A DNA stretch of 37,183 nucleotides from Paramoeba atlantica (Eukaryota > Protista > Discosea), in contig CDRNVI010000174.1 of the NCBI GenBank assembly GCA_977017575.1, positions 1-37,183 of the forward strand, in the 5' to 3' direction. The notes under the pieces are model-generated. The model worked only from the letters and a program-made list of their open reading frames with translations. It was not told the DNA's origin and made no database searches. Position 1 is the stretch's first letter. Each line of letters starts with the position of its first letter. Shown in pieces: positions 22,101 to 34,518 of the stretch. The position numbers and the translations under genes are program-made.

Positions 22101-23520
22101 TCAAATTAAAAAAAAATCAAAACCTTTCTTAAAGAGTGTTTCCAGTTCATCACAAGGAAAGTAATTTGAGAAGTTAAAACAAGGAGTTTTTGGTAGTTTT
22201 GAAGAAGAGAAAGAAGAAGAATTTAAATCTTTGAAAGCTTTTTTCAATTTTTCTTTTTCTTTCATAACAAGTTTTGAATAATTTTCATAAGTAACATTTT
22301 TAAACCAAAAATGCCAATATATTGATTCACTTTCAATATGTTCAATTGTTTTCAAGAAAAATGAAACATCATCTTTTTTGATATTATTAAATATAAATAA
22401 TCATTAAAAAATAATTACTTGATTTAAAAGAATTTCAATAAAAAATGAAAAAAAAAACTAGTAAAATGAAATCTAACAGGATGACTTTATCTATTAAAAC
22501 AAAGAAGTTTATTCTTTTCATTAAATCTAATATTGAATTTTAAATAAAAACATTCATTCTACATTCACATTGTTTTTCTTAATTCTTCTACTTTCTTTAC
22601 TTTTTCAACTCTTTTTCAATCCTTTTCTTTTGAAATAATAGATCAACAAACCTTTTAACATAAGGATCAACTAATTTTTTAAAATATTTTTAAAGTTCTG
22701 AAGAATCTTCAGATCCTCTTTTTCTAAAACCAAATCACAAAAAATGAAAAAAATTTGATAAACATTCTTTCAAATTTATAAATTGAAACCAAAGACTTGA
22801 ATATTGTGCCACTTGATCAACCTAAAGAACAATATGGATGGTTTCAACTTTATTATAGTATTGAAAAGTTAAATCCTTTATCTAAAATAAAAGATTTAAA
22901 ATTAAAGAAAAAATTTACAAAAAAAGAATGAAGAATTGAAAAGAAAGAAAATACCTCTTTAACAACTTTCAATATTTGAGAAATAACTAAATTAGGTTCT
23001 TAATATCCAGCATTACAATCAAATTCATTAAAAGATAATACAGGAACAAGTTCTTTAATTTGTTTTAAAAAAATTGCTATTTTTTCAATTGTTTGTTTAT
23101 ACTTAGCAAAGTAAGGAACATAAATTTTATTTTTTGTTTGAAATTCTTCAATAAAGTCTTCTTTTTCTTCTTCTTTTTCTTCTTCTTTTCTCTTCTTCTC
23201 TCTTCTTCTTTCTGATTTTACTGATATTTTTTGTTTTTTAATATTTTCTTTTTGAATTTTCAGAACATAAAATCAACTCAAGAAAGCTTCTCCAAGCATT
23301 CTCTTTTGAGCCCTCATACTCTTTTATTTCATTATTCACAACTTCAACAACAAAATCAGAAAGACCATCAACAGAATCTTCCAATAACAATTGTTTCAAC
23401 AATTTTCTATCATACTGATTACTTATCAAATACTGTAAAATATATCTTACTTTTTTTTTTCTTTTTCTTCTTTTAGGAACATTTTTTAATAAAATCTCAA
23501 AAACTTTTTCTAATCTTTCT
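22101..23520 (-). pseudogene. Very AT-rich, stop-riddled remnants of an unidentified (probably intron-containing) gene
   Basis: Protein-like minus-strand fragments, e.g. KIYVPYFAKYKQTIEKIAIFLKQIKELVPVLSFNEFDCNAG, SIYWHFWFKNVTYENYSKL, LLEDSVDGLSDFVVEVVNNEI. No family recognised. Confidence 0.3.
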
Positions 23521-25821
23521 TATTTATTTTCAAAACAAAGCTTTTAACACCAATACTCTTTTTTCAGTTTTTCAATTTCTAGTTTCTATTCTTGAAGAAG
23601 AAGTTGAGATTAAAGATTTTTTACATTCAAATTTTGAATTTTATTTTGTAAAAGAAGTTGATCAACCATAACAAAAAAGTAAAACAAAACAAAAGCACAA
23701 AAGAAAAGGAAAAAAAGGAAGAAAAAGCTGTTTTTTGTGGTTTTTTCAATGGTTGAAGTTTTTTTTTTGATGGTCAAAATTTTTGATGTTTTTTTTTGAT
23801 AATTAAAGTTTTTTTTTTGACAATTGAAATTTTTGATATTTTTTTTTGATGATTAAAGTTTTTTTTTTAACAGTTAATGTTTTTTTTAGTTTTTTTTCAA
23901 TAGTCAAAAGTTTAAACAATGGAAGAAAATCAAGTTGGTACTGTTTGTAGGTTGAGGTGGGCAATAACATTAGCTAACTTTCAAGACATTGAAACCTCTC
24001 CAACAATTCAATTCAAACTCTTAAATTACCCTGACTGCAAGTACAGCTTGAACTTACCCCTATGTATCAGAGTTGCAGTTGAGGAAAGAGGATCAGCAAA
24101 TTTTCTTGAAGGTAATGCACTTTGATTGAAATTTTGTAATATTGGAAATTAGAATAGAGAGAAATTTGCACCTTGATTTTTTTGGTTTGTTGAGAACTTT
24201 AAAAAAACAATAATTTCTTTTCTTTTTAACACTGGACTTTATTAGGTGATGACTTAATCTAAAGCTACTAATTTTTTAAGGTTAAAGATAATGAAGATAG
24301 AGTTTCACTTTTTTAGATTCAAATGGTTTAAAGACTTTTAATTCACTTAAACTTCTTTTCAAGGAATTTATTTTCTGCTTTTTAACAAACAGGGCAGAGA
24401 ATAATTTATTCTGTTTTTCACATTTAAGTGAGTAAGAAGAGAAAATAATATTTTTAATATTTTCCTCTTTGGAATTTGAATCTACAACCTCAAATTGAAG
24501 CAATAGCTGTTCTATCAACTAAGCCATTATACCACAATTCTTTCTAAAAGAATAATAAATCTTTTATGTGATTGTTTTTTCAATTTTGTGATCATTATAG
24601 AAAAGAAATAAACTTTCCTCTGAAAGTTTGTCTTATTATTTAATTTTTTGATAATTCCTTCCTTTCCCTCTTTCACAATCTTAGCATATTTTAAATGTTT
24701 TAAGTATAAAATCTTACACACTTAACAATTAACTTTCTTGTGAACAAGTCTTATAGGGGTCCACAAAGAGATTTTATCTTAGAACTCATTGTTAATAATA
24801 AAAGAACTTCTGTGCTTGGTAATAATATATGTTAGAATAAGAGAAATTAAATTATAGAAAATGATAATACAATTGTTGTTAATTTAGACCATCTCTCTTA
24901 ATCTATGGTAAAGAAGAGCAAATTCACCAATAAATAATCTTTAAATCCACTTATTCCCTTTGATTAAAAAAGGAATGCAAAGTTTAAAATTACATAAATT
25001 CCAATTCTAATTGTTCTTCCAAACAAAGAGCTTTCCAAAATCAGTGATTTGAGATATTCTAAAAAAATTAATGAAAATCTTTTAAATCTTCAAAATGAAA
25101 TTCAAAAACTTGAATTAAATATTAAACATAAGAAAACATTTGAAATAAATCAAATTATTTCTTTCACAAATATATTTTTAATATATTTCACTTTAATAAA
25201 ACTGTAAAAAGGGTGATTTATTATTCTTATCAAAAAACAGAAAGGAATAAAAAACAAAGTTTTCAAAGATAAAATAAAAAGTTTTTTTTTTCAAATTGAA
25301 ACACAAAAGATGTGAAAATAACCTATTTTAGAAAAATTACACATCAATTCAACCAATAGGACAATTCAAGTGACTGAACATTCTTGTAATAAAAAGTTTT
25401 CTTTTTCTCTTTCTATTATTAAAGATTTTATACAAAATTCTCTTTTGAAACTTAATCAAAGTCAAGTTCCAAATGTTTAAGCACTTTTTCTCTTTTTTTT
25501 TTTTTTTTCACTAAACATCAGAAAATGCCATTAATTTATTAAGATAAAAAACCATCATATAGATAGAAAAAATAGTTTAAGTTTTACCAATTGGTAACAT
25601 AGTTATAGTTAATTATATTTAAATTAGTTAATTATTAGAATAGTTAGTTAATCTTTATTATCACTTAGAGGAGGTTACTTTTTTTAAAGATTACATATCT
25701 TTTTTTCTTTTTTTTTCTTTTTTTTCTATTTTTTTCATTATTCAACATATTTTCACATAATTTATTCCTTGAGATTGAAGTAGAATATATATTATAGAAG
25801 TTTTTAAAAAGGACTAATTAA

Positions 25822-25914
25822 GGTTTAGGGCCTAATTACTTCGTTTTGAACCACTTTTTTTCATAATTCGGAAAATCAAGACTGGTAGAAAGATGCGCCT
25901 CATTTTTGTCTTCC
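25822..25914 (+). repeat. ~93-bp dispersed repeat, copy A (begins GGTTTAGGGCCTAATTAC)
   Basis: Direct repeat of 27599-27691. Confidence 0.85.
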
Positions 25915-26218
25915 TAATGGCATATTTTTTTTTAAAATCCGAATATGTCATAAAAAGTTATAGGCAGTTTATGAAGAGGTCTTATGTATGAAATTCACAT
26001 ATAATGATAGAACTTTAAAGTGGCACCCTACATATTGAGGAAACAAGTGAGTTGGAACTCATTTTTTTTGATAACATAATAAAAAAAACTATTTTCTAAA
26101 ACTTGGACCAGCCAGATTTTTGATTTTGTCTCATAGAACAAAAATAATTGAGAAAACATTTATATGATTTTTACATACAAACATATAATTTTAGTCTCCT
26201 CCCTACATTATCAGGTCA

Positions 26219-26707
26219 TATATAAAATTTTTCATGGTTTTCCTTAAACATAGATTAATTTCATGTTTTTACACTACTTTATTACTTTCATTTTACATTT
26301 TTTAATTTTGAGAGATTTTTATAGAGTCCAAAAATATGAGTATTTTTTCTATGTATTTTACATATAAAAAAACATCAATGAATTGGTACCTACATAATAG
26401 GGAAATATATAAAATTTTTCAAAGTTTTCTTTAAACATAGATTAATTTCATGTTTTTACACTACTTTATTATTTTTATTTTTCATTTTTTAATATTGAGA
26501 GATTTTTATAGCATCCTTTTGTAAACATACTTTTGGAACTTTTGGCTCTGTTTCCCTATTATAACAAATAATATTATTACTCCCTACATAAAAACAAAAT
26601 AAATAAATCTCAAATTGATTTTCTTTATTTTAAGATTCATTTGATGTTTTTACACTACTTTATTATTTTCATTTTTCATTTTTTGATATTGAGAGATTTT
26701 TATAGAT
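26219..26707 (+). repeat. Degenerate tandem repeat, three copies of an ATGTTTTTACACTACTTTATTA...GAGAGATTTTTATAG block
   Basis: Copies at ~26219-26330 and ~26407-26518 (188 bp apart), plus a partial copy at ~26644-26707. Confidence 0.8.
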
Positions 26708-27598
26708 CTTTTATGTAAGCATACTTTTGAGAAAATACTTTTTGTAATGTGTTAATAAAATTATGTTAGAAATCAAAAAATTGATTTAAAGTTGATAATA
26801 TGTTTAAAAAAACCTTTATTGAATAGGATTTATTTTCTATCATTCATTTTTCATCATTTGGAGCTTTTTAATTGATGCGAAAAAATTGACTAAATAAGGA
26901 AATTTACATATTTGAAAGTACTCTATCTTTCTATGAGGATGGATTCAAGAAGAAAAAATTAAAACATGTTGGCCTCTTCAACATGTTATATAAATTTTTT
27001 TCAATTCCTTCATTTGATAGAGATAAATGATCAACAAGTAGGGTAAATGGGTATATTTTTTGACTTAGTAAAAATTTTTTTGATTTTTTGGAGTGAAATT
27101 TTGTCTCTCCAATTTTATTGAAATTTTGATAGGATGGATAAAATACAAAGGGGAATCAGCACATATGATTTTCATTTTGAACAGACATCACATCACTGAA
27201 ATATAGAGAGTTGTTGAATTTTTCAACTTTGTAATATAAAAACATTGTTTTTTCTAAGTATTTAACAAATAACCTGATGGCTTAGTGGTAAAAACCTTCT
27301 TTTTGATGAAAGTTGTAAGTTCAATTTTCTCAAAAGTTCTTTTTTTTTTTTTTTTTTTCTTTTCTTCTTGTTCAAGAAATCATTCTTTTACTCTTTGTTT
27401 GAGTTTTTTTTATTTGTAAAAATTCATATTTTTTTTGTTTCATTGAAATTGAAGTCTCTCCCTCTGAGAAACATAATAAAAAAATGAATTTTTTTTTTTA
27501 AAATTCTTTAAAAATGAAGAATATCTTAGAGGATTGTTAGTGAAATAAGTTGAAATTTTGATTTTAAATAGTTTATATATTGTAGATATATGTATTAG

Positions 27599-27691
27599 GG
27601 TTTAGGGCCTAATTACTTTGTTTTGAACCACTTTTTTTCACACTTCAGAAAATCAAGACTGATAGAAAAATGTGTCTCATTTTTGTCTTCC
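27599..27691 (+). repeat. ~93-bp dispersed repeat, copy B
   Basis: Direct repeat of 25822-25914. The three CpGs of copy A read TG, CA and TG here. Confidence 0.85.
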
Positions 27692-29300
27692 CTATACATT
27701 GCAAAAAACTAATGAATTTTTTTAAAAAATTTACAAATCGAATCAATTAAGGTGATGATTCTATCCAAAAGAGACAAAAAACATCAAAGCATAAGGTGTA
27801 CTAAAAAAGAAATCTTTTGTTTTTCTTTGATTTTCTCAATTCTTTCTTTTGATTGTGTGTGGAAAAGTGAAATGATTGATCTGGTGATGTTGTTTTTAAT
27901 AGTTTGTGAATAAAGAAAAAAAAAAAGAATAACAAACTAAAACATTCACTTGAAATATGGAATAAAAAAGTTCATTGATAAATCAAACAATCTATCATAT
28001 ATCTTTCCAAACCTTTCAACTCTTCTTTTCTTTCAATTTCTTTCTTTTTTCTTTCTGTTTTTCTGTTTTTTTCTCACCTGCTGCTTTCTTTTCCAAAAAA
28101 GAAAAAAAAAATCCAATTCCCAATCAAATGTTGTCACATCATCCATTTTTTTTTTCTTTTTTTGGTTTTTTTTTGGTTTTTTTTGGTTTTTTGTTTTGAA
28201 CAGTTTTTTTTTTTCTTTTTTGTTTGTGAGAAAGAAAGAAAAAAAGAAAAAGAAAGAGAAAGAGAAAGATTCAACAAAAAAGAGAAAAAAACAAAAAAAA
28301 ACAAAGAAAAAGGATTGTATAACCAAAATTGATTGAAAAAATTCAAATGCAAACCAAAAATAAGATTAAAGAAGAAAAAAAGAAAAAGAATTGAATTTGT
28401 ATTAGTTTTATCTTGATGGAAGCTTGAACAACTAAGAAAAAATAAGAACATTTGAATTCTTTTTCACCTCTTTGTCAAATTTCAAGAAAAAAAATCACAT
28501 CCAAAATAAAAATCAGTTTTTCAGCAAAAAAGTTTTTCTTTTTTGTTTTTTGTTTTTGTTTGATTTTTGTGTTTAGTTTTTATTTTTTGAAAGATGAGAA
28601 AAATAGACTTTTAGAAATCAAAAGATTTTTGGTTTTTTCAATGTATCACTTTTATATTAAGAAAGAGAAATGAAAAACCAATCTATTTTTCTCAAAGTGA
28701 GAAAGATAAGAGAATTCACAAAGTTTATCCAGTGATTCAATTCTTTGAGGTTTTCTTTCTTTTCTTTTTTCTTCTTCTTTTTCTTGTTTCTTTTTTTCTT
28801 TTTCTCTTTTTCTTTTTCATTTCTTTTTTCTTCTTTTTTCTTCATTTCTTTTTCTTTTTTACTTTTTTTCACACAAAATTGTTTTTTTTTTTCTTTTTCT
28901 TTTTTTCTTTTTTTTTTTCTTTTTCTTTTTTTTCTTTTTCTCTTTTTTCTTTTTCTCTTTTTCTTTTTCTTTTTTGAAAAGATTTAGAAAAATGAAAAAT
29001 TAATTTTTTTTATTTTCAGAATGAACAATAAAAAAAATTAAAAGGGATTCATTTTCTTTTGTGTTGAGTGGGAACAAGATTTCTTTTTTTTTAATGGTTT
29101 TTTGATTTCTTTTTTGATTTATTTTTTTCTTTTTCTCTCATTTTCTTCTTTTTTTTTTCTTTTTGTTTTTTTTTATTTCTTTTTTATTTCAGGGTTTTGA
29201 AAGTTTAAAAATATGAAAGTTTGTTTTTTGTTGTTTCTTTTAAGTTTTAATCTTTTTGTTGATATTCAGAATTTTTTTTGTTTTATTTTTTTTTATTTTA

Positions 29301-31880
29301 ATTGTTTTTTTTCTTCAGAGAATGTTTTTTATTATTGAAAATGACATTGTCTTATTCCCTGTGATTTACTGTATCCAAAAAATCCTATTTTTCTCTCAGA
29401 TAAAGCACAATGATGTGATGTGATGGGTTAGAGGTTCAGTTTCTTTTTTCCAATATTTTTTTAAACAATATTTAAATAATTAAAGTTTTAATATTTTTTC
29501 CTTCAAAAACTGTTCTTTATCATTGAAAATTATATCATCTTATTTCTTGTGATTTACTGTATCCAAAGAAGCCTATTTTTCTCAAATAAAGCACAATGAT
29601 GTGATATGAGAGGTTTAGTTTCTTTTTTCAGGTATTTTTTTAAACAATAACTAATTACTTTTTTTTATTGTTTTTTCCTTCAGAAACTATTCTTTATTAT
29701 TGAAAATGATATCATCTTATTCCTTGTGATTTACTGTATCCAAAGAAGCCTATTTTTCTCAAATAAAGCACAATAATGTGATATGAGGAGTTCAGTTTCT
29801 TTTTTCAAGTATTTTTTTAAACAATAACTAATTACTTTTTTTTATTGTTTTTTTCTTCAGAAACTATTCTTTATTATTGAAAATGATATTATCTTATTCC
29901 TTGTGATTTACTATATCCAAAGAAGTCTATTTTTCTCAGATAAAGCACTTGATGTGATGTGAGGGGTTCAGTTTCTTTTTTTCAATATTTTTTTAAATAA
30001 TAACTAATTACTTTTTTTTATTGTTTTTTCCTTCAGAAACTGTTCTTTATCATTGAAAATCACATTGTCTTATTCCCTGTGATTTACTCTCTCCAAAGAA
30101 GCCTATTTTTCTCAGATAAAGCACTTGATGTGATGTGAGGGGTTCAGTTTCTTTTTTTTAATATTTTTTTAAATAATAACTAATTACTTTTTTTTATTGT
30201 TTTTTTCTTCAGAAACTATTTTTTATCATTGAAAATAATATTGTCTTATTCCTTGTGATTTACTGTATCCAAAGAAGCCTATTTTTCTCAAATAAAGTAC
30301 AATGATGTGATATGAGGGGTTCAGTTTCTTTTTTTCAATATTTTTTTAAACAATAACTAATTACTTTTTTTTATTGTTTTTTTCTTTAGAAACTATTCTT
30401 TATTATTGAAAATGATATTGTTTTATTCCTTGTGATTTACTGTATCCAAAGAAGTTTATTTTTCTCAGATAAAGCACTTGATGTGATGTGAGGGGTTCAG
30501 TTTCTTTTTTTTAATATTTTTTTAAACAATAACTAATTACTTTTTTTTATTGTTTTTTCCTTCAGAAACTGTTCTTTATCATTGAAAATCACATTATCTT
30601 ATTCCCTGTGATTTACTCTCTCCAAAAAAGCTTATTTTTCTCAAATAAAGTACAATGATGTGATGTGAGGGGTTTAGTTTCTTTTTTTCAGTATTTTTTT
30701 AAACAATAACTAATTACTTTTTTTTATTGTTTTTTTCTTCAGAGAGTGTTTTTTATTATTGAAAATTACATCATCTTATTTCTTGTGATTTATTGTATCC
30801 AAAGAATCCTATTTTTCTCTCAGATAAAGCACTTGATGTGATGTGAGGGGTTTAGTTTCTTTTTTTAATATTTTTTTAAACAATAACTAATTACTTTTTT
30901 TTATTGTTTTTTCCTTCAGAAACTGTTCTTTATCATTGAAAATCACATTGTCTTATTCCCTGTGATTTACTCTCTCCAAAAAAGCCTATTTTTCTCAAAT
31001 AAAGTACAATAATGTGATGTGAGGGGTTCAGTTTCTTTTTTTCAGTATTTTTTTAAACAATAACTAATTATTTTTTTTTATTGTTTTTTTCTTCAGAGAG
31101 TGTTTTTTATTATTGAAAATTACATCATCTTATTCTTTGTGATTTACTGTATCCAAAGAATCCTATTTTTTTCTCAGATAAAACACAATGTGATGTGATG
31201 GGTTAGGGGTTTAGTTTCTTTTTTCTGATATTTTTTTAAACAATATTTAAATAATTAAAGTTTTAATGTTTTTTTCTTTCAGAGAGTGTTCTTTATCATT
31301 GAAAATAACATTGTCTTATTCTTTGTGATTTATTGTATCCAAAGAAGTTTATTTTTCTCTCAGATAAGCATTTGATGTAATGTGAGGGGTTCAATTTCTT
31401 TTTTTCTGACATTTTTTTAAACAATAACTAATTACTTTTTTTTATTGTTTTTTCTTTCAGAGAATGTTCTTTATCATTGAAAATTACATTGTCTTATTCT
31501 TTGTGATTTATTCTCTCCAAAGAAGTCTATTTTTCTCAGATAAAACACAATGATGTGATGGGTTAGAGGTTCAGTTTCTTTTTTCAATATTTTTTTAAAC
31601 AGTAATTAATTACTTTTTTTTATTATTTTTTTCTTCAGAAAGTGTTTTTTATCATTGAAAATTACATTATCTTATTCCTTGTGATTTACTTGTATTTAAA
31701 GAATCCTATTTTTCTTTCAGATAAAGCACAATGTGATGTGATGGGTTAGGGATTTAGTTTCTTTTTTCTGATATTTTTTTAAATAATATTTAAATAACTT
31801 TTTGTTTTAATATTTTTTCTTTCAGAGAATGTTCTTTATCCATTGAAAAATTGTATTGTCTTATTCCCTATGATTTACTC
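29301..31880 (+). repeat. Subtelomeric tandem satellite, ~15 units of 176-189 bp (mode 177)
   Basis: Anchor TGTGATTTA at 29360, 29548, 29725, 29902, 30078, 30254, 30431, 30607, 30784, 30961, 31138, 31324, 31502, 31680 and (TATGATTTA) 31869. Confidence 0.95.
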
Positions 31881-32088
31881 TTGCTTTGAAACCACCAAGA
31901 AATAAGAGCACTCTTATTTTTTAATGGATTGAGATTTTTTTGTGCTTTAGTTTTCTTTCTTTTTTTTCTTTTTTTCTTTTTTTTCTTTTATTTTTTCTCT
32001 TCTTTTTCTTTTTTTTTCTCTCTTTTATTCTTTTTTGTCTCTTGCTCCTCCAATCCTTTTTTTTTTTCTCTTCTCCCTCTTTCTTCCT

Positions 32089-32141
<53 letters not shown>

Positions 32142-33417
32142 TCTTTTTTCTTTTTGCTAATTTTCCTCTTTTGCCTCTTTTTCTCTTACCAAAGTATTGT
32201 TGGGGGTTTAGGGGTGATATTGTAGACTACATTTAATTAAGTTTATAAGCTTTTCTCCCTCTCCTTTCATTGCTCCTCCTTTTTTCCTTCCCTTCCTCCC
32301 TTTCTCTGTGTTCAATTTGCTTTCCTTTCTTTTGTTTCATCTTTGACATGTCCTGTCTGTGTGTGGCCAAAATCTACTCTCCTCTTTTCTGATTTATTTT
32401 TTTTCTTTTACTTTCTTTTTTGTTTTTTGGAGTTCAAAATAATAAAAAAGAAAGGTTAAAGGTTTGTTTTGTTTTTTTGAAAAATCAAAAAAATATTAAT
32501 AAAAAAATCAATTTTTGATTTGTTTTATTTTTTGGTTTTTTTGAAAAAAAATGAAAAACACAAACACACAACACAATGATCACAAATGAAAAACAAACTA
32601 ATATCACCTTAACAACAAAGAAAAAAACCATTAACCCTTCCTTTTATCAATACCAACTATTGCACAAGTCTCTGGACTTATGGAGAGTTGGCCTCCTCCC
32701 TTCAGCAGTGGTGTGGTGCCCCTTTGTCTGTGTAAAGATGACAAAAAGATGAAAAATCTGGAAATTGAAACACTAGGGTTTAGGGTTGTTATTTATGGTT
32801 GTTGTTGGTTGTGTTGTTGCCTCTTTATGCTTGGTGAATCAGCAAACACTTTTATTTTTTTTTAGAAGAGGAGGGGATGTCTCTTTAAGGTTAGAGTTTA
32901 GACTTCAATTTTCAGTGTGCCAGTAAGCTGCTTCTTAAATCTTTTTTTTTTGTTTTAAGAACTCTGCCAACATAGCGGTAGAGTTTTCTTTTGTTTTCTT
33001 TCTTCTCTAAACCCACAAATATTCTAACAAAAAAAAAACAAAAAAATTCTCAAAAATTCTCAAAAAAATTCTCAAAAAATTCTCAAAAAAAAACAAAAAA
33101 AATTCTCACAAAAATAAAAATAAAAAAAAGCAGAGTTCCTACCCCCTCCCATTTTTCAAGCACAAAAATCCCTTTTTTGCAGACACTTTTTTTTATTTTT
33201 TTGAGAATTTTTTGTTTTTTTTTTTGTTTTTTTTTTTATTTTTTTTTATTTTTTTTTTTTTTTTGAATTCTCCACACAAGAGAAATATTGAACACATTTT
33301 TTGTGTTAGTTTCTTTCCATGTCCCATAAAGTCCTTTTTCCCTCTCTTTGTCAAAAAGACTGTTGAACATACTGGTGTTTACAAAAAAGAGAAGAAAGAG
33401 AAGCAAAAAAATGAAAA

Positions 33418-34518
33418 GTGCAAGTGATGAATGAGGACAATTTTTACTTAACAGCATTTCAATGCAACCCCCCTTCCTTTTCTTTACCACCTTTGAGAAA
33501 GGAGGAGGAGAAGTTTACAATATTATCACCTTTTTCAGTTTCTATTCCAGAGCCTTTCAAAAATTATTATCTTTCCTCCTCTGTTCTCAGCAGCAGCAAC
33601 AGAAGCAGCCTTTTAAACCCTCTCAACAAACCTGGAAAAGAACACAAAATTCTTCCCTTTTTTTCACTTCATGAATATCATATCTTTATGAACACAAACC
33701 TTCCTCAACCACTTCTAACATTTCCACCAGTTTTTTCCCAATATTTGAGCATCTTCTTTTTCTTTTTGAAGAATTCTTGTTATTTTTTACAAAAACAAAC
33801 TTCAAAAAATTTTGATCTTAAAGAAACAATTATAATTAGGTATACTGTTAATGCAATTGGGGCAACAGGTTTTTTCTTTAATTTTTTATCTCTTTTTTCT
33901 TTGTTTTTTTTGTTTATCTTTTTTCTCTAACCTTATTTTTGTTTCTTTTTCATCTGTTTGTCTTACACCCTAACCCACCCCCTTTAATTGTTTTCCCCTA
34001 ATTTTGGATTAGGTTTTGAAAAACCCTACAATTTTGTCCATCATTTTGGAGTTGCTAATAATCCACTTGAATGAAAAATTCCCTAATGGAAAAAACAATT
34101 ATGGCTTCAAAGGAAATACCTATGTTCTCTTCTTGATGATTGCTTCACTTCTGGGGAATTTGTAATCTATGTTTCTTTAATGACATCGAATGACCAATCA
34201 GTCAAATGGCACTCTAATGAATGTGATATTACATTTTAAATTGTTATTTTTTTAGAAATGTTTGTTGGTGAAAGTTTTTTTGAATTTGAAGACCCAACAG
34301 GAGCATATACAATTTAAATTCTAATTATTCCAGGAACAATAATTGTTTTTGATGGACATTTGTGACATTGAAAAATTGCAATGGAAAATTTTCGTAGGGA
34401 ACAATACACTGTTATTTTTTTTAAAAATTATGACCAGCAATTCTCTTCTCTGGATAATATTATATGGCCTCCTCACTCTTATCATATTTCTTATAATAAA
34501 AATATTCTTTTTTTTTAA
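33418..34518 (+). pseudogene. Probable 2OG-Fe(II) dioxygenase (double-stranded beta-helix) pseudogene, two exons
   Basis: Exon 33418-33868, GT-AG intron 33869-34012, then one frame: GFEKPYNF...EFVIYVSLMTSNDQSVKWHSNECDITF*IVIFLEMFVGESFFEFEDPTGAYTI*ILIIPGTIIVFDGHL*H*KIAMENFRREQYTVIFF. This fits an HxD...GG..F...PG.IIVFDG..H...R..TVIFF layout with a degenerate HxD (HSN) and several stops. Confidence 0.45.

Noticed and set aside
27950-29300. Phe- or Lys-rich ORFs (also 31929-32236, 32991-33427 and many within 1340-6800)
   Set aside because: Translations of poly-T/poly-A and (CT)/(GA) low-complexity tracts or introns.
29301-31880. CRISPR array
   Set aside because: Whole ~177-bp units are homologous, with no unique spacers, and no cas genes are present. 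It is a satellite.
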